A stretch of 64,000 nt of DNA from Bdellovibrionales bacterium (GTDB lineage: Bacteria > Pseudomonadota > Alphaproteobacteria > UBA9219): the NCBI GenBank assembly GCA_041649025.1, contig JBAZNY010000004.1, forward strand, positions 26,705 to 90,704. The letters run 5' to 3'. Made by a program: the position numbers and the translations under genes. This document shows, piece by piece, positions 46,406 to 55,429 of the stretch. The notes beneath the pieces were generated by a model that was not told where the DNA came from, made no database searches, and saw only the letters and a program-made list of their open reading frames with translations. The first letter of the stretch is position 1. Every line of letters starts with the position of its first letter.

Positions 46406-46930
46406 ATGGCTCAAATTAAAGCAAAAACATCTCAAAAACCCGTTGTCGGCGTCATTATGGGAAGCCAGTCGGACTGGGAAACGATGCAAAACGCAACAAA
46501 GATTTTGGCCGACTTTGGCGTGCCTTTCGAAGCCAAGATCATGTCGGCGCACCGCACCCTGCCCCGCGTTACGGAATACGGAAGTTCGGCCAGCGCGCGC
46601 GGCCTTAAAGTCATCATCGCAGGCGCAGGCGGCGCAGCCGCGTTGCCGGGAGTTCTTGCCGCCTTGACGATAGTGCCGGTCTTGGGCGTGCCGATGCAAA
46701 GCAAACTCCGCGACGGCCTTGACAGTTTGCTGTCGATGGTTCAAATGCCCGGAGGAATTCCGGTCGGGACACTCGCGGTAGGCAATGCGGGCGCAAAGAA
46801 CGCCGCCTTGTTGGCCGTATCCATTCTTGCGTTAAGCGACGCCAAATTGGCGGCAAAGCTTAACAAGTGGCGCACGGCACAGGCAAAGGCCGTTGTCGAA
46901 AAACCGTCCAACGCCAAAAAGAAAAAGTAA
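46406..46930 (+). CDS. purE: N5-carboxyaminoimidazole ribonucleotide mutase
   Basis: [15 protein letters not shown] and SAHRTP PurE signatures; 174 aa. Confidence 0.92.
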   Translation: MAQIKAKTSQKPVVGVIMGSQSDWETMQNATKILADFGVPFEAKIMSAHRTLPRVTEYGSSASARGLKVIIAGAGGAAALPGVLAALTIVPVLGVPMQSKLRDGLDSLLSMVQMPGGIPVGTLAVGNAGAKNAALLAVSILALSDAKLAAKLNKWRTAQAKAVVEKPSNAKKKK

Positions 46931-47066
46931 AAACGCGCAATAAACCGTATAAAACGGGCGGAATTAAGCGGTCTTGGCTTGACGGGCGCAGGCTAAAAAT
47001 CTATTGTCGCCCGTCTTTTAAGATGTCTTTTTTGTTGGTTTCTAGAATATAGATAAAGCCCCGTGT

Positions 47067-47140
47067 GGCGCGGTGGCAGAATGGCTATGCAGAGGACTGC
47101 AAATCCTTGTATGCCGGTTCGATTCCGGCCCGTGCCTCCA
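47067..47140 (+). tRNA. tRNA-Cys (anticodon GCA)
   Basis: Acceptor GGCGCGG/CCGUGCC; anticodon loop CUGCAAA; T-loop GGTTCGATTCC; encoded CCA. Confidence 0.88.
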
Positions 47141-47173
47141 TTAGATTTTCTTGGCGCTCTTGCGCCTTAGATC

Positions 47174-47220
47174 GGGGACACAATAGTTATTGTGTCCCCT
47201 GACGTATGTCCCCTGACGTA
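47174..47220 (+). repeat. Perfect 12-bp-arm palindrome GGGGACACAATA GT TATTGTGTCCCC, followed by tandem 14-bp direct repeat TGTCCCCTGACGTA x2
   Basis: Read directly from the sequence between tRNA-Cys and the 3' end of the mscS-family gene. Confidence 0.8.
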
Positions 47221-47277
47221 AACTTTCTTTTTTTCGATTGAGGGCTGTCTGCCACAGCACTCCGCTTCAGGCCTTAT

Positions 47278-48945
47278 TCAAGGCGTTATTTTTTCACTTA
47301 TGTCCTTGGCAAAATAAATGGACTGGGACGGAAGGGCGAATTTTACGCCACATTCATCAATGATGTTTATGATGCGTAATAATAGGTCTTCCCGGGCTTT
47401 ATTAAAAACATCGATGCTATCGGTGGCAACATAAGAAAAAATTTCTACCCTGATTGAATCTTTGCCAAGCCCCGCAAGCCAAACGCGGGGGGATTCTTTT
47501 TCAATATGGGGGGATTTTTTTAAAAGATCGCGTAATTTTGTCAATAATTGCTGCAGTTGATCTGGTGTCGTTTCATGGCGTAGTTCGAGCGTGGGGTGAA
47601 ACAAAAAATGTTCGCGCAACGCAAAGTTTTCTATCGTTGTCGTGGAAAGCGTTCCGTTGGGGATGGTGACCCTTGTCCCGTCAAGCGTTACCATGCGGGT
47701 TGAACGCATGCCGATATCTTCGACCGTTCCCTTAATCTCTCCGATTTTGCAAAAATCACCGACGCGCAAAGGCTGATCGATGATCAATGTCAGGCCCACG
47801 ACAAAATTTTCAAGGGTCTTTTGCGCGCCAAAAACGAGCGCCAAACCGCCGATGCCCAAAGCAGCGAACCACCCCGTCACGTTCCAGCCTATACGATCCA
47901 AGGCAAGCGCAATCGCTATCCCCGCCAAAACCAATCGGGCGCTACGGCGAAAAAATATTACGGAGGACAAGCCGCTACGTTTGTTTTCGCGGATCATGTG
48001 ATCTTGCACGGAATGCGCAACAATATCGATGATGCGCCATAGAAACCACCACAGGGAAAGCCATGCGGCTATTTCCGCAAGCAACGTAAAGTTTTGCCGC
48101 GCCACAATCGATATGCCCGAAGCGCCCGCCAATACGACAAAAATTCCCAGAGAGATGTATATTCTTATCGGCACAACAAAAGCATCGAGCACACGGCTAA
48201 CATATCCACTGCGTGACGCCGGCCATACACGGCGAATAAGATATATAACGCCGAACGTCAGAAGCCCCGCCGTTACCAACGCCACGGCTGCAATTAAGAA
48301 TATGGCAGCCCAATGGCCTACAGGAACGCCTTGCCATTTAGTGTTGACCAGAATCGGGGGCAGAAGCCTGTCCAAATAACCGGTGTTCATTTCTTCGATC
48401 AGGGCAGGAATGAAGGAAACGGTTTCCCTGGAAATCTGCCAGATCGGGCCGTCGATTGGGTCATCATGCCTTTCGGCAAGCAGGTCGATGGATTTTTCTC
48501 CCACACGTACAGTTCCAACGAGATCGACTTTGGCGGGCAACCCGTCCTCCTGATTGCCTTCCTGGCTATCGCTAAGTTTCGAAGTTGTTTCGATCCGGCC
48601 GCCTTGATCAAGCAATGTTTGCAAAGCTTTTGCCAACTCAGGGCCTTGGGTTTTTCTACGGGACACTGAAAGACTTCTCAGATCAAGATAGGACTCTGCC
48701 TGTTTGTAGTTCTGGCTTCCTACTGCCTTCAAAAAGCCCCGCATCATACTTTTGGGCGTTTCTCGCCCAAGAGAGATGCTTGGCAGGCTTGCCGTAGCGG
48801 GAGCCCCCGTTGTTGCGGGGGCCAAAATCGATTCAGCAGGAGCTTGGGCAAAGGCTGCTTGGCTCAAAAAGCTCGCTATAAGCAGAACCAAAAAAAGAAT
48901 TGCTGTTTTGAGACGTTGGGACAAGGGCTCACATCCTTTAATCAA
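47278..48945 (-). CDS. Mechanosensitive ion channel (MscS family) with N-terminal periplasmic domain
   Basis: Signal peptide; multiple TM helices; MscS beta-domain LRVGDFCKIGEIKGTVEDIGMRSTRMVTLDGTRVTIPNG. Confidence 0.85.
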   Translation of the reverse strand: MIKGCEPLSQRLKTAILFLVLLIASFLSQAAFAQAPAESILAPATTGAPATASLPSISLGRETPKSMMRGFLKAVGSQNYKQAESYLDLRSLSVSRRKTQGPELAKALQTLLDQGGRIETTSKLSDSQEGNQEDGLPAKVDLVGTVRVGEKSIDLLAERHDDPIDGPIWQISRETVSFIPALIEEMNTGYLDRLLPPILVNTKWQGVPVGHWAAIFLIAAVALVTAGLLTFGVIYLIRRVWPASRSGYVSRVLDAFVVPIRIYISLGIFVVLAGASGISIVARQNFTLLAEIAAWLSLWWFLWRIIDIVAHSVQDHMIRENKRSGLSSVIFFRRSARLVLAGIAIALALDRIGWNVTGWFAALGIGGLALVFGAQKTLENFVVGLTLIIDQPLRVGDFCKIGEIKGTVEDIGMRSTRMVTLDGTRVTIPNGTLSTTTIENFALREHFLFHPTLELRHETTPDQLQQLLTKLRDLLKKSPHIEKESPRVWLAGLGKDSIRVEIFSYVATDSIDVFNKAREDLLLRIINIIDECGVKFALPSQSIYFAKDISEKITP

Positions 48946-49203
48946 GAGGAAGGGGATTTGCGCCTAGCCACGAACTGCAACCGCTTCGCCTAATACGATT
49001 ACAAGGCTCTATAAAGTTATAGTCGGTGTTAAAGCTAAAGTAAAAACAATTCCATGAAATCTTTGCCCTCGATGTTTACGGCAAGGGAAATACGCAGCGC
49101 ATCAGCATGAAAAAGATCAACGTGACGCTGAATGAAGAAAATATCCACTCTGAGGTCAATGTCTTCTTCCAATCACTTAATAACCCTAAACGGCGTCCTC
49201 TGT

Positions 49204-50070
49204 TTAGTTTCCTTGCACCCGTCCCCTCGCATAAACGAGGAAACTCCCCCGACGTCCCAACAAAACGGAACACAAACAGAAGGCCGCGCAGATCAACACG
49301 ACCATGGGGCCGGAGGGCGTGTTGGTGTGATACGAAAGAAGCAGCCCGACATAAGACGAAACAATAGCAATCACGATGCTGAGGATAATTGCCGCGTTAA
49401 CTTGCCGCGTCCAGAAGTTCGACGCGATGGCGGGCAATAATATAAGTCCGAGCGCCATGAGCGTCCCCAATGCCTGAAATGCCGCGACAAGATTAACGAC
49501 GAAAAGCACAAAGAAAACTGGTCGCGTCAATTTCCCCCGCCCCGATGCGCTGAGAAAATCGGGATCGAAGCAGTCCAGCACAAGCCCGCGATAAATACAC
49601 GCCAGAGAAAACAGCGTCACAACAGCCACGGATGCAATGAAAATCAGGGCATCGTTGTCGATAGCTAAAATGTCCCCGAACAGCATATGCATCAGGTCGA
49701 TGTTGCTGCCTTTCAGCGACAACAACACGATGCCCGACGTTAAAGACAACAGAAAAAGAAGCGTAAAAACGGCGTCTTCTTTAATTTCCGTGTAGCGGAT
49801 TAGAAAAACGGAAAACAAAGCGATCAAAATACCTGCGGCAAGCCCGCCTATGGTCAACGACCAAACGCTAAGGCCGGATATCAAAAAGGCAATTGCAACG
49901 CCGGGCAAAATGGCGTGAGACATCGCGTCGGAGACAAGCGCCATGCGCCGCTGGTTCATAAAAAAGCCGATCGGCGCGCCGCCCACGGAAAGGATGATGC
50001 ACGCAACAAGAGCGCGCCGCAAAAACGCGAATTGCTCAAATGGCTCGATGAAAAGGGCTTCAAGCGTCAT
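49204..50070 (-). CDS. znuB: Zinc/manganese ABC transporter permease (ABC-3 family)
   Basis: Eight-TM ABC-3 permease; start at ATG 50068-50070 (MTLEALFIEP...); the ORF-track extension into znuC is rejected. Confidence 0.85.
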   Translation of the reverse strand: MTLEALFIEPFEQFAFLRRALVACIILSVGGAPIGFFMNQRRMALVSDAMSHAILPGVAIAFLISGLSVWSLTIGGLAAGILIALFSVFLIRYTEIKEDAVFTLLFLLSLTSGIVLLSLKGSNIDLMHMLFGDILAIDNDALIFIASVAVVTLFSLACIYRGLVLDCFDPDFLSASGRGKLTRPVFFVLFVVNLVAAFQALGTLMALGLILLPAIASNFWTRQVNAAIILSIVIAIVSSYVGLLLSYHTNTPSGPMVVLICAAFCLCSVLLGRRGSFLVYARGRVQGN

Positions 50071-50818
50071 GACTGTGCTCGTGCTTATGGTTCGACGCTT
50101 CGCGTGCGGATTGCAATTCGGCCATGTCAAGATCGAAGGAAAGAAGTTTTTGCTCAAACAAATTATGCGTATGGCCGATGCCGAGGCATTTTCCCTGCAA
50201 CACCATCGATTCAGGAAAATATTTTTTGATCATCAATAAATCATGCAGCACACAAATGACGGTTCTGCCTCCGTTATGCCATTTCAGAAGCAACCGAATA
50301 AGCCGCGACGTCGTTTCCGCATCCACGGCGGTAAATGGCTCATCAAGAAGAATGATCGGCGCGTCCTGCACAATCACGCGCGCAAAGAGCGCCCGCTGAA
50401 ACTCGCCGCCGGAAAGCTCGCCGATGGAACGCTTTTCATACCCGGACAAACCAACTTCGTGTAACGCCTTGCTCACCAGAAGCCGACGTTTATTTCCAAC
50501 GCCCGCGCTTTCCCCAATAATCGGATAAAAGCCGGTCATTGCCATCTCCTCGACGGAGATGGGAAAATCGCGCTGCATATGGGAAACTTGGGGCAAATAA
50601 GCTACCGCACGCTTGCCTTTGCGGGTGAAAACGACTTTTCCCGACGTCGGACGGATGACTCCGGCAAGCGTTTTTAAAAGCGTGCTTTTTCCCGACCCGT
50701 TCGGCCCCGCGATAGCCGTCAGCGACCCTTCGTGAAAAATGCCGGAGACGTTTTGCAGCGCATGACGCGCGCCATAATCGACGGAAAGGTTTTCAAGCGT
50801 TATAAGCGGATCCGCCAT
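50060..50818 (-). CDS. znuC: Zinc/manganese ABC transporter ATP-binding protein
   Basis: Walker A GPNGSGKST, signature LSGGEFQR, Walker B ILLDEP; start ATG 50816-50818. Confidence 0.88.
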   Translation of the reverse strand: MADPLITLENLSVDYGARHALQNVSGIFHEGSLTAIAGPNGSGKSTLLKTLAGVIRPTSGKVVFTRKGKRAVAYLPQVSHMQRDFPISVEEMAMTGFYPIIGESAGVGNKRRLLVSKALHEVGLSGYEKRSIGELSGGEFQRALFARVIVQDAPIILLDEPFTAVDAETTSRLIRLLLKWHNGGRTVICVLHDLLMIKKYFPESMVLQGKCLGIGHTHNLFEQKLLSFDLDMAELQSAREASNHKHEHSHDA

Positions 50819-50980
50819 ACGTCTAACCCACAACACAATAAACAAGCGCAACAAGGAGGGACGATATTCCCGCCGCCATTAAAAGACGCTTTGCTAAAGA
50901 AAAATTGAACACCGAAGAACCTTTATTCTTAGACCCCAAAAACACGGACAGCGTGCTTATTGTTATGTTGACTTCCTTAT

Positions 50981-50995
50981 TGTTATATTATAACA
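50981..50995 (+). promoter_or_regulatory. Zur box (perfect palindrome TGTTATATTATAACA) in the znuCB/znuA divergent intergenic region; a second imperfect copy lies about 20 nt upstream (TTATTGTTATGTTGAC)
   Basis: Matches the Fur-family/Zur operator architecture; flanked by zinc-uptake genes and zur. Confidence 0.6.
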
Positions 50996-51028
50996 CTTCG
51001 CCGAACGCAACCCCTCCGGTAAAGCCTT

Positions 51029-51928
51029 ATGAAAAAAAATATCCTCCTTTGTTTGTTTTTTTTCTCCTCCTTTGTTTTGGCTCCTGTTTTTGCCGAAGCT
51101 AAGCCTCTTTCCGTTGTCGCGACGTTCAGCATTCTTGGCGATCTTGTGAAGCAAGTCGGCGGCGATGACGTCGATGTCAAAACGCTTGTCGGCCCCGACG
51201 GCGACGCGCATGCGTACAAACCAACGCCGAAGGATTCAAAAGCGTTGGCAGAGGCCGATCTCGTCATCGAAAACGGCCTTGGGTTCGAAGGATGGGTTTC
51301 GCGTTTAGTTTCAGCATCCGGATTCAAAGGCTCTGTCATCATCGCAAGCAAAGGCGTTGTGCCGCGCCAAATGGATGAAGAAGGAAAACAGATTATTGAT
51401 CCTCACGCATGGCAGGATGTCTCAAACACCCGTATATATATAAAAAACATCGCTTCCGCCCTTGGCAAAGCTCTTCCGGAAAAGGCGGGCGCTTTTAATG
51501 CAAGAGCCAAGGCTTATGACGCTGAATTAGAAAAACTGGACGCATGGGTCAAATCCGAAATTGGCCAAATTCCGGAAGGGCATCGAAAAATTATCACAAG
51601 CCATGACGCCTTCGGTTATTTTGCGGCAGCTTACGGCGTCGCCTTCATCTCACCCCAAGGTATCAGCACCGAGGTCGAGCCAACGGCACGTCAAGTTGCA
51701 AAACTCATCGGGCAAATGAAAGCCGAAAAAATCAAACGCGTTTTCTTTGAAAGCATGGCAAGCCCAAAACTCATCTCGCAACTCGCAAAAGACGCAGGAG
51801 CCAGCGTCGGCAAGCCTGTTTATTCAGACGCCCTGTCGGATGCCGATGGTTCTGCGGAAACGTACATCGATATGTTCCGCACGAATGTGGAGCAATTCAA
51901 AGAAGCCATGCTGTTGAACGGGAAATAA
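51029..51928 (+). CDS. znuA: Zinc ABC transporter periplasmic substrate-binding protein (TroA/ZnuA family)
   Basis: Signal peptide, DAHAYKPTP and ITSHDAFGYF cluster-9 SBP motifs. Confidence 0.88.
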   Translation: MKKNILLCLFFFSSFVLAPVFAEAKPLSVVATFSILGDLVKQVGGDDVDVKTLVGPDGDAHAYKPTPKDSKALAEADLVIENGLGFEGWVSRLVSASGFKGSVIIASKGVVPRQMDEEGKQIIDPHAWQDVSNTRIYIKNIASALGKALPEKAGAFNARAKAYDAELEKLDAWVKSEIGQIPEGHRKIITSHDAFGYFAAAYGVAFISPQGISTEVEPTARQVAKLIGQMKAEKIKRVFFESMASPKLISQLAKDAGASVGKPVYSDALSDADGSAETYIDMFRTNVEQFKEAMLLNGK

Positions 51929-51930
51929 TT

Positions 51931-52803
51931 ATGCTTTTTTCAAAAACCCCCTCAAAATATGCCGCGCTTCTTTGCTTTGGCCTGTTGTTCCAGTGTCCAG
52001 GCGCGCGCGCCGAAGAAGCAACGCCGGAACACGGAAAAATTAATTCTCCGGATGCGTCTCCCGTCGATCCCGGACAGTATGAGGTTGAGACAACATATTC
52101 TTACACGTTCGCCAAACGGCTTTGGGATAGCAACGGAGATACGCGAACGCGGGGCTTTACATACGAGCACGCCGCGGGGCTTTCGGCGACGGCTGGAATT
52201 CTGGAAAATTTCGATGTTACTCTAAACAGCGCATATAACTGGCTAAAAGATAAAGAAAACGATTTCGACAACGACGGCAATCTTGGCCCCGAAACCGGCC
52301 ATGGCATCGGAGACCTCGGCGTTCATGGACGGTATCGCTTTTTCCAAAGCGCAGAACATAGCCTCGACGTCGCCACCATCGTCGGGTTTACGATTCCAAC
52401 GGGACGGCACTCAAATGCAAACGAGATCGGCACGAGTCAGGAGTACTGGAGCTTCGACCAAACTCTCGTCGCCAGCCATGATTGGGGAAAAGGAACCGCG
52501 AACGCGGACATCGGTTACGCCCTGCCCTTCGGCGACAAACGCGGGGACGCGCGCGGCACGCTTAACGCCGATCTGGCTGGCGGTTATCAGCTTTTGCCGT
52601 GGCTACAGCCGGAGATGGAGCTTAACTACACCCACGCATTTATCGCGGATACGGACGATTCAGAGAGTCTCGCCCTAACCGCCGGTTTTGTTATGCCGAT
52701 TAATGATCGTTGGCGCATCAACACGGGCGTTCAACAAGGCCTGTGGGGCACTAACGTGGATAAAGCAACATCGTTTTCCGTAGCCGTAAAAGTCGCTTTT
52801 TAA
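51931..52803 (+). CDS. Outer-membrane beta-barrel protein (MetA-pathway/transporter-like family), probably zinc-regulated
   Basis: Signal peptide, alternating amphipathic strands, C-terminal Phe (AVKVAF); sits between znuA and zur. Confidence 0.55.
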   Translation: MLFSKTPSKYAALLCFGLLFQCPGARAEEATPEHGKINSPDASPVDPGQYEVETTYSYTFAKRLWDSNGDTRTRGFTYEHAAGLSATAGILENFDVTLNSAYNWLKDKENDFDNDGNLGPETGHGIGDLGVHGRYRFFQSAEHSLDVATIVGFTIPTGRHSNANEIGTSQEYWSFDQTLVASHDWGKGTANADIGYALPFGDKRGDARGTLNADLAGGYQLLPWLQPEMELNYTHAFIADTDDSESLALTAGFVMPINDRWRINTGVQQGLWGTNVDKATSFSVAVKVAF

Positions 52804-52830
52804 TTTAAACAAGGAACGTGGAGTTACACC

Positions 52831-53283
52831 TTGGCAATCCATCCCCATCATCCGTCCGTCGACAGCGTTCTTGAGAAAATCGAAAACTTTCTTGCCCGGC
52901 AAGGCGGAAGAATGACAAGCGTCCGCCGCGAAATAGCGGCCCAGCTGGTCGAGCTTAAAGAACCCAAGACGGCCTATCAAATTCTTGGTGCGGTAAATAA
53001 GAAAAGAAAGACGAAACTATCGGCTATCAGCATCTACCGCACGCTCGATTTTTTGATTGAGGCTGGCGTTGTTCTTAAACTCGAAAGTAAAAACGCCTTC
53101 GAGCTTTGCCTTGGCGGAAAATCCGAACATAGTCATTTAATGATGGTCTGCGACAAATGCGGAAACGTTCAGGAAATCGAGGACGACGCCCTTTCGAAAA
53201 CTTTGGTCAAAACGGCAAAAAAGCACGGGCACAAGCTCAAACATAACGTCCTTGAACTGCATGGCGTCTGTCGTAGTTGCTGA
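52831..53283 (+). CDS. zur: Fur-family zinc uptake regulator
   Basis: Fur fold with HSHLMMVCDKCG..x..HGVCRSC metal sites; genomic context with znuABC. Confidence 0.8.
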   Translation: MAIHPHHPSVDSVLEKIENFLARQGGRMTSVRREIAAQLVELKEPKTAYQILGAVNKKRKTKLSAISIYRTLDFLIEAGVVLKLESKNAFELCLGGKSEHSHLMMVCDKCGNVQEIEDDALSKTLVKTAKKHGHKLKHNVLELHGVCRSC

Positions 53284-53285
53284 CC

Positions 53286-55010
53286 TCAGGCGCCCGCAGC
53301 GCCCTTGCGCCGCAAATCCCCGCGCATAATGTACCATTGCTGCAAAATGCCCAAGAGGTTGCTCCACGTCCAGTAAATCACCAGTCCCGCCGGCATGTGC
53401 ACCAGCATGTAGGTGAAGATTATCGGCATGAACATGAACATGCGCGCCTGCGTTTTGTCGGGAGGCTGGGGCGACAGCCTTTGCTGCAAGAACATGCTGA
53501 GCCCCATCAAAATCGGCCACACACCGATTTGCAAAGCGTAAGGAAGCGTAATGGGGATCAAACCGAACAGGGTAAGTACGGAAGTCGGATCGGCAGCCGA
53601 CATATCTTGAATCCAGCCATAGAAAGGCGCCTGGCGCATTTCGATATTGACGTAGAGCACTTTATACAAGGCAAAGAAAATCGGGATCTGGATCAATGTC
53701 GGCATGCAGCCCGACATCGGGTTGACTTTCTCGCGCTTGTAAAGCTCCATCATCTCCTGGCTCTGGCGCACTTTATCTTCGGGAAAACGTTCCTGAATGC
53801 GCTTCATTTCCGGCTGTATCGCTTTCATTCTAGACATTGAATGATAGGATTTCTGCGACAACGGCAATGTCACGAGCTTTAGCAAAATGGTGAACAGCAG
53901 TATCGCAAGCCCCATGCTTCCAACGGCATGATCCAGCGCCGTCAGCAAATATAAAAATGGCCGCGTCAGGAAATAAAACCAGCCAAAGTCGATCGCTTTA
54001 TCAAAATGCGGGAGATTGTATTGATCGGCATAACGATCAAGCAAACCGACCTTCTTCGCGCCGGCAAAAAGCCGGGATACATGTTCAGCGCTGCCGCCGA
54101 CTGGAACGGTGACGGGACTGCCGCGAAAATCAGCTTGAAAAAAGCCCATTTCTTTTGTTGCCGCGCCCGCGCGGTTATAAATAAATTCCCCCACCAGCGT
54201 TTCGTCCTGCGGCGGAATCATCGCAACCAACCAGTATTTATCGGTAATACCGAGCCACCCGCCCCTACCGTCTTGCGTAATTTTTTTTTCGTCCATCAAC
54301 TTGCTGTATTTGTATTCTTCCAGCGTGTTTTTAAAGACACCCAACCCGCCCTCATGGACAACCGCGCTGCTCTCGATTTGTGAAAAGCCCTGACGCGCGA
54401 CAATTCCGAACGGATATAGGGCAACAGGTTCCGACCCCTTGTTGATCACCCTATCCGTAATCGTAAACATTGCCTCGGCATCAACCGATATCGTTCTGTT
54501 AAAAATCAGGTTTTTCCCGTTGCTCCATGTCAGATTGATGGGGTGATCGGGAGTTAGTTTTTTGCTGTCGGCCTTCCACTCCGTTTCGGCGGAAGGCACT
54601 TCTGTTGCTGTCGAATCCGCTAACCAGCTAAATTCGGCATAATACGCAGCGTGTGGGGGCGTTGATCCAGAGGGCGCCAAAAGCGTAATCGAAGGAGATG
54701 TTTTGTCGGCGCTCTCTTTATAGGATTTCAACAACAAGTCGTCAAAACGCGCCCCTTTCAGATTAATCGATCCAGACAATTCAGGCGTGTCAATCGCAAG
54801 ACGCGGGCTGTCTTTAAGAACAAGATTCCGATCGCGTAGGGTACGTGTCGTGGGAACAACAGCAGGCGCAGGTGTTCCTGTTTTAGGGGTGACTTGTTGT
54901 GTTACGCGCTGGCTGTGCAAAGCCTCCTGATGCGGTTTGACATAGAGGTACTGAAAGCCAAACAGAATGCCAAAAGAAAGGATGACGGCGAGAAAAACGT
55001 TATTGTTCAT
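53286..55010 (-). CDS. yidC: Membrane protein insertase YidC
   Basis: N-terminal TM, large periplasmic domain, conserved C-terminal 5-TM core; start ATG 55008-55010. Confidence 0.9.
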   Translation of the reverse strand: MNNNVFLAVILSFGILFGFQYLYVKPHQEALHSQRVTQQVTPKTGTPAPAVVPTTRTLRDRNLVLKDSPRLAIDTPELSGSINLKGARFDDLLLKSYKESADKTSPSITLLAPSGSTPPHAAYYAEFSWLADSTATEVPSAETEWKADSKKLTPDHPINLTWSNGKNLIFNRTISVDAEAMFTITDRVINKGSEPVALYPFGIVARQGFSQIESSAVVHEGGLGVFKNTLEEYKYSKLMDEKKITQDGRGGWLGITDKYWLVAMIPPQDETLVGEFIYNRAGAATKEMGFFQADFRGSPVTVPVGGSAEHVSRLFAGAKKVGLLDRYADQYNLPHFDKAIDFGWFYFLTRPFLYLLTALDHAVGSMGLAILLFTILLKLVTLPLSQKSYHSMSRMKAIQPEMKRIQERFPEDKVRQSQEMMELYKREKVNPMSGCMPTLIQIPIFFALYKVLYVNIEMRQAPFYGWIQDMSAADPTSVLTLFGLIPITLPYALQIGVWPILMGLSMFLQQRLSPQPPDKTQARMFMFMPIIFTYMLVHMPAGLVIYWTWSNLLGILQQWYIMRGDLRRKGAAGA

Positions 55011-55081
55011 TTCACACGAGCTTGAAAAAGGAATAGTGTCGGGGTTGAGTATCAGGAAATCTAGACTGGGAAAAGCCATAA

Positions 55082-55327
55082 ATGGAGAGAAAAATCAATA
55101 TACCGATTCTTGTAACTCGCTTTTTGCGCGGCGGGATATGGGTTTATCGGCACAGCCTTTCCAGATTTACCGGAGGGTTTTGCCGGTTTTCGCCTACTTG
55201 TTCGGTATATGCCGACGAAGCCTTGCGCATCCACGGCCCCATTAAAGGCTCAAAATTAGCCATTAAACGTCTTTGCCGATGCCATCCCTGGGGCGGGCAT
55301 GGATTCGATCCGGTTCCGCGGGATTGA
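55082..55327 (+). CDS. yidD: Membrane protein insertion efficiency factor YidD
   Basis: CRFSPTCSVYADEAL...KRLCRCHPWGGHGFDPVP is the YidD signature; divergent from yidC. Confidence 0.85.
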   Translation: MERKINIPILVTRFLRGGIWVYRHSLSRFTGGFCRFSPTCSVYADEALRIHGPIKGSKLAIKRLCRCHPWGGHGFDPVPRD

Positions 55328-55429
55328 AAAACAAGGTTAAAAGGGAAAAGCACTCATAGACAGCTTCTCTTACGTAAGATAAAAATATAATCGGCGTTTT
55401 GGAAATTCTGAATATTTCGGGAATTTATA

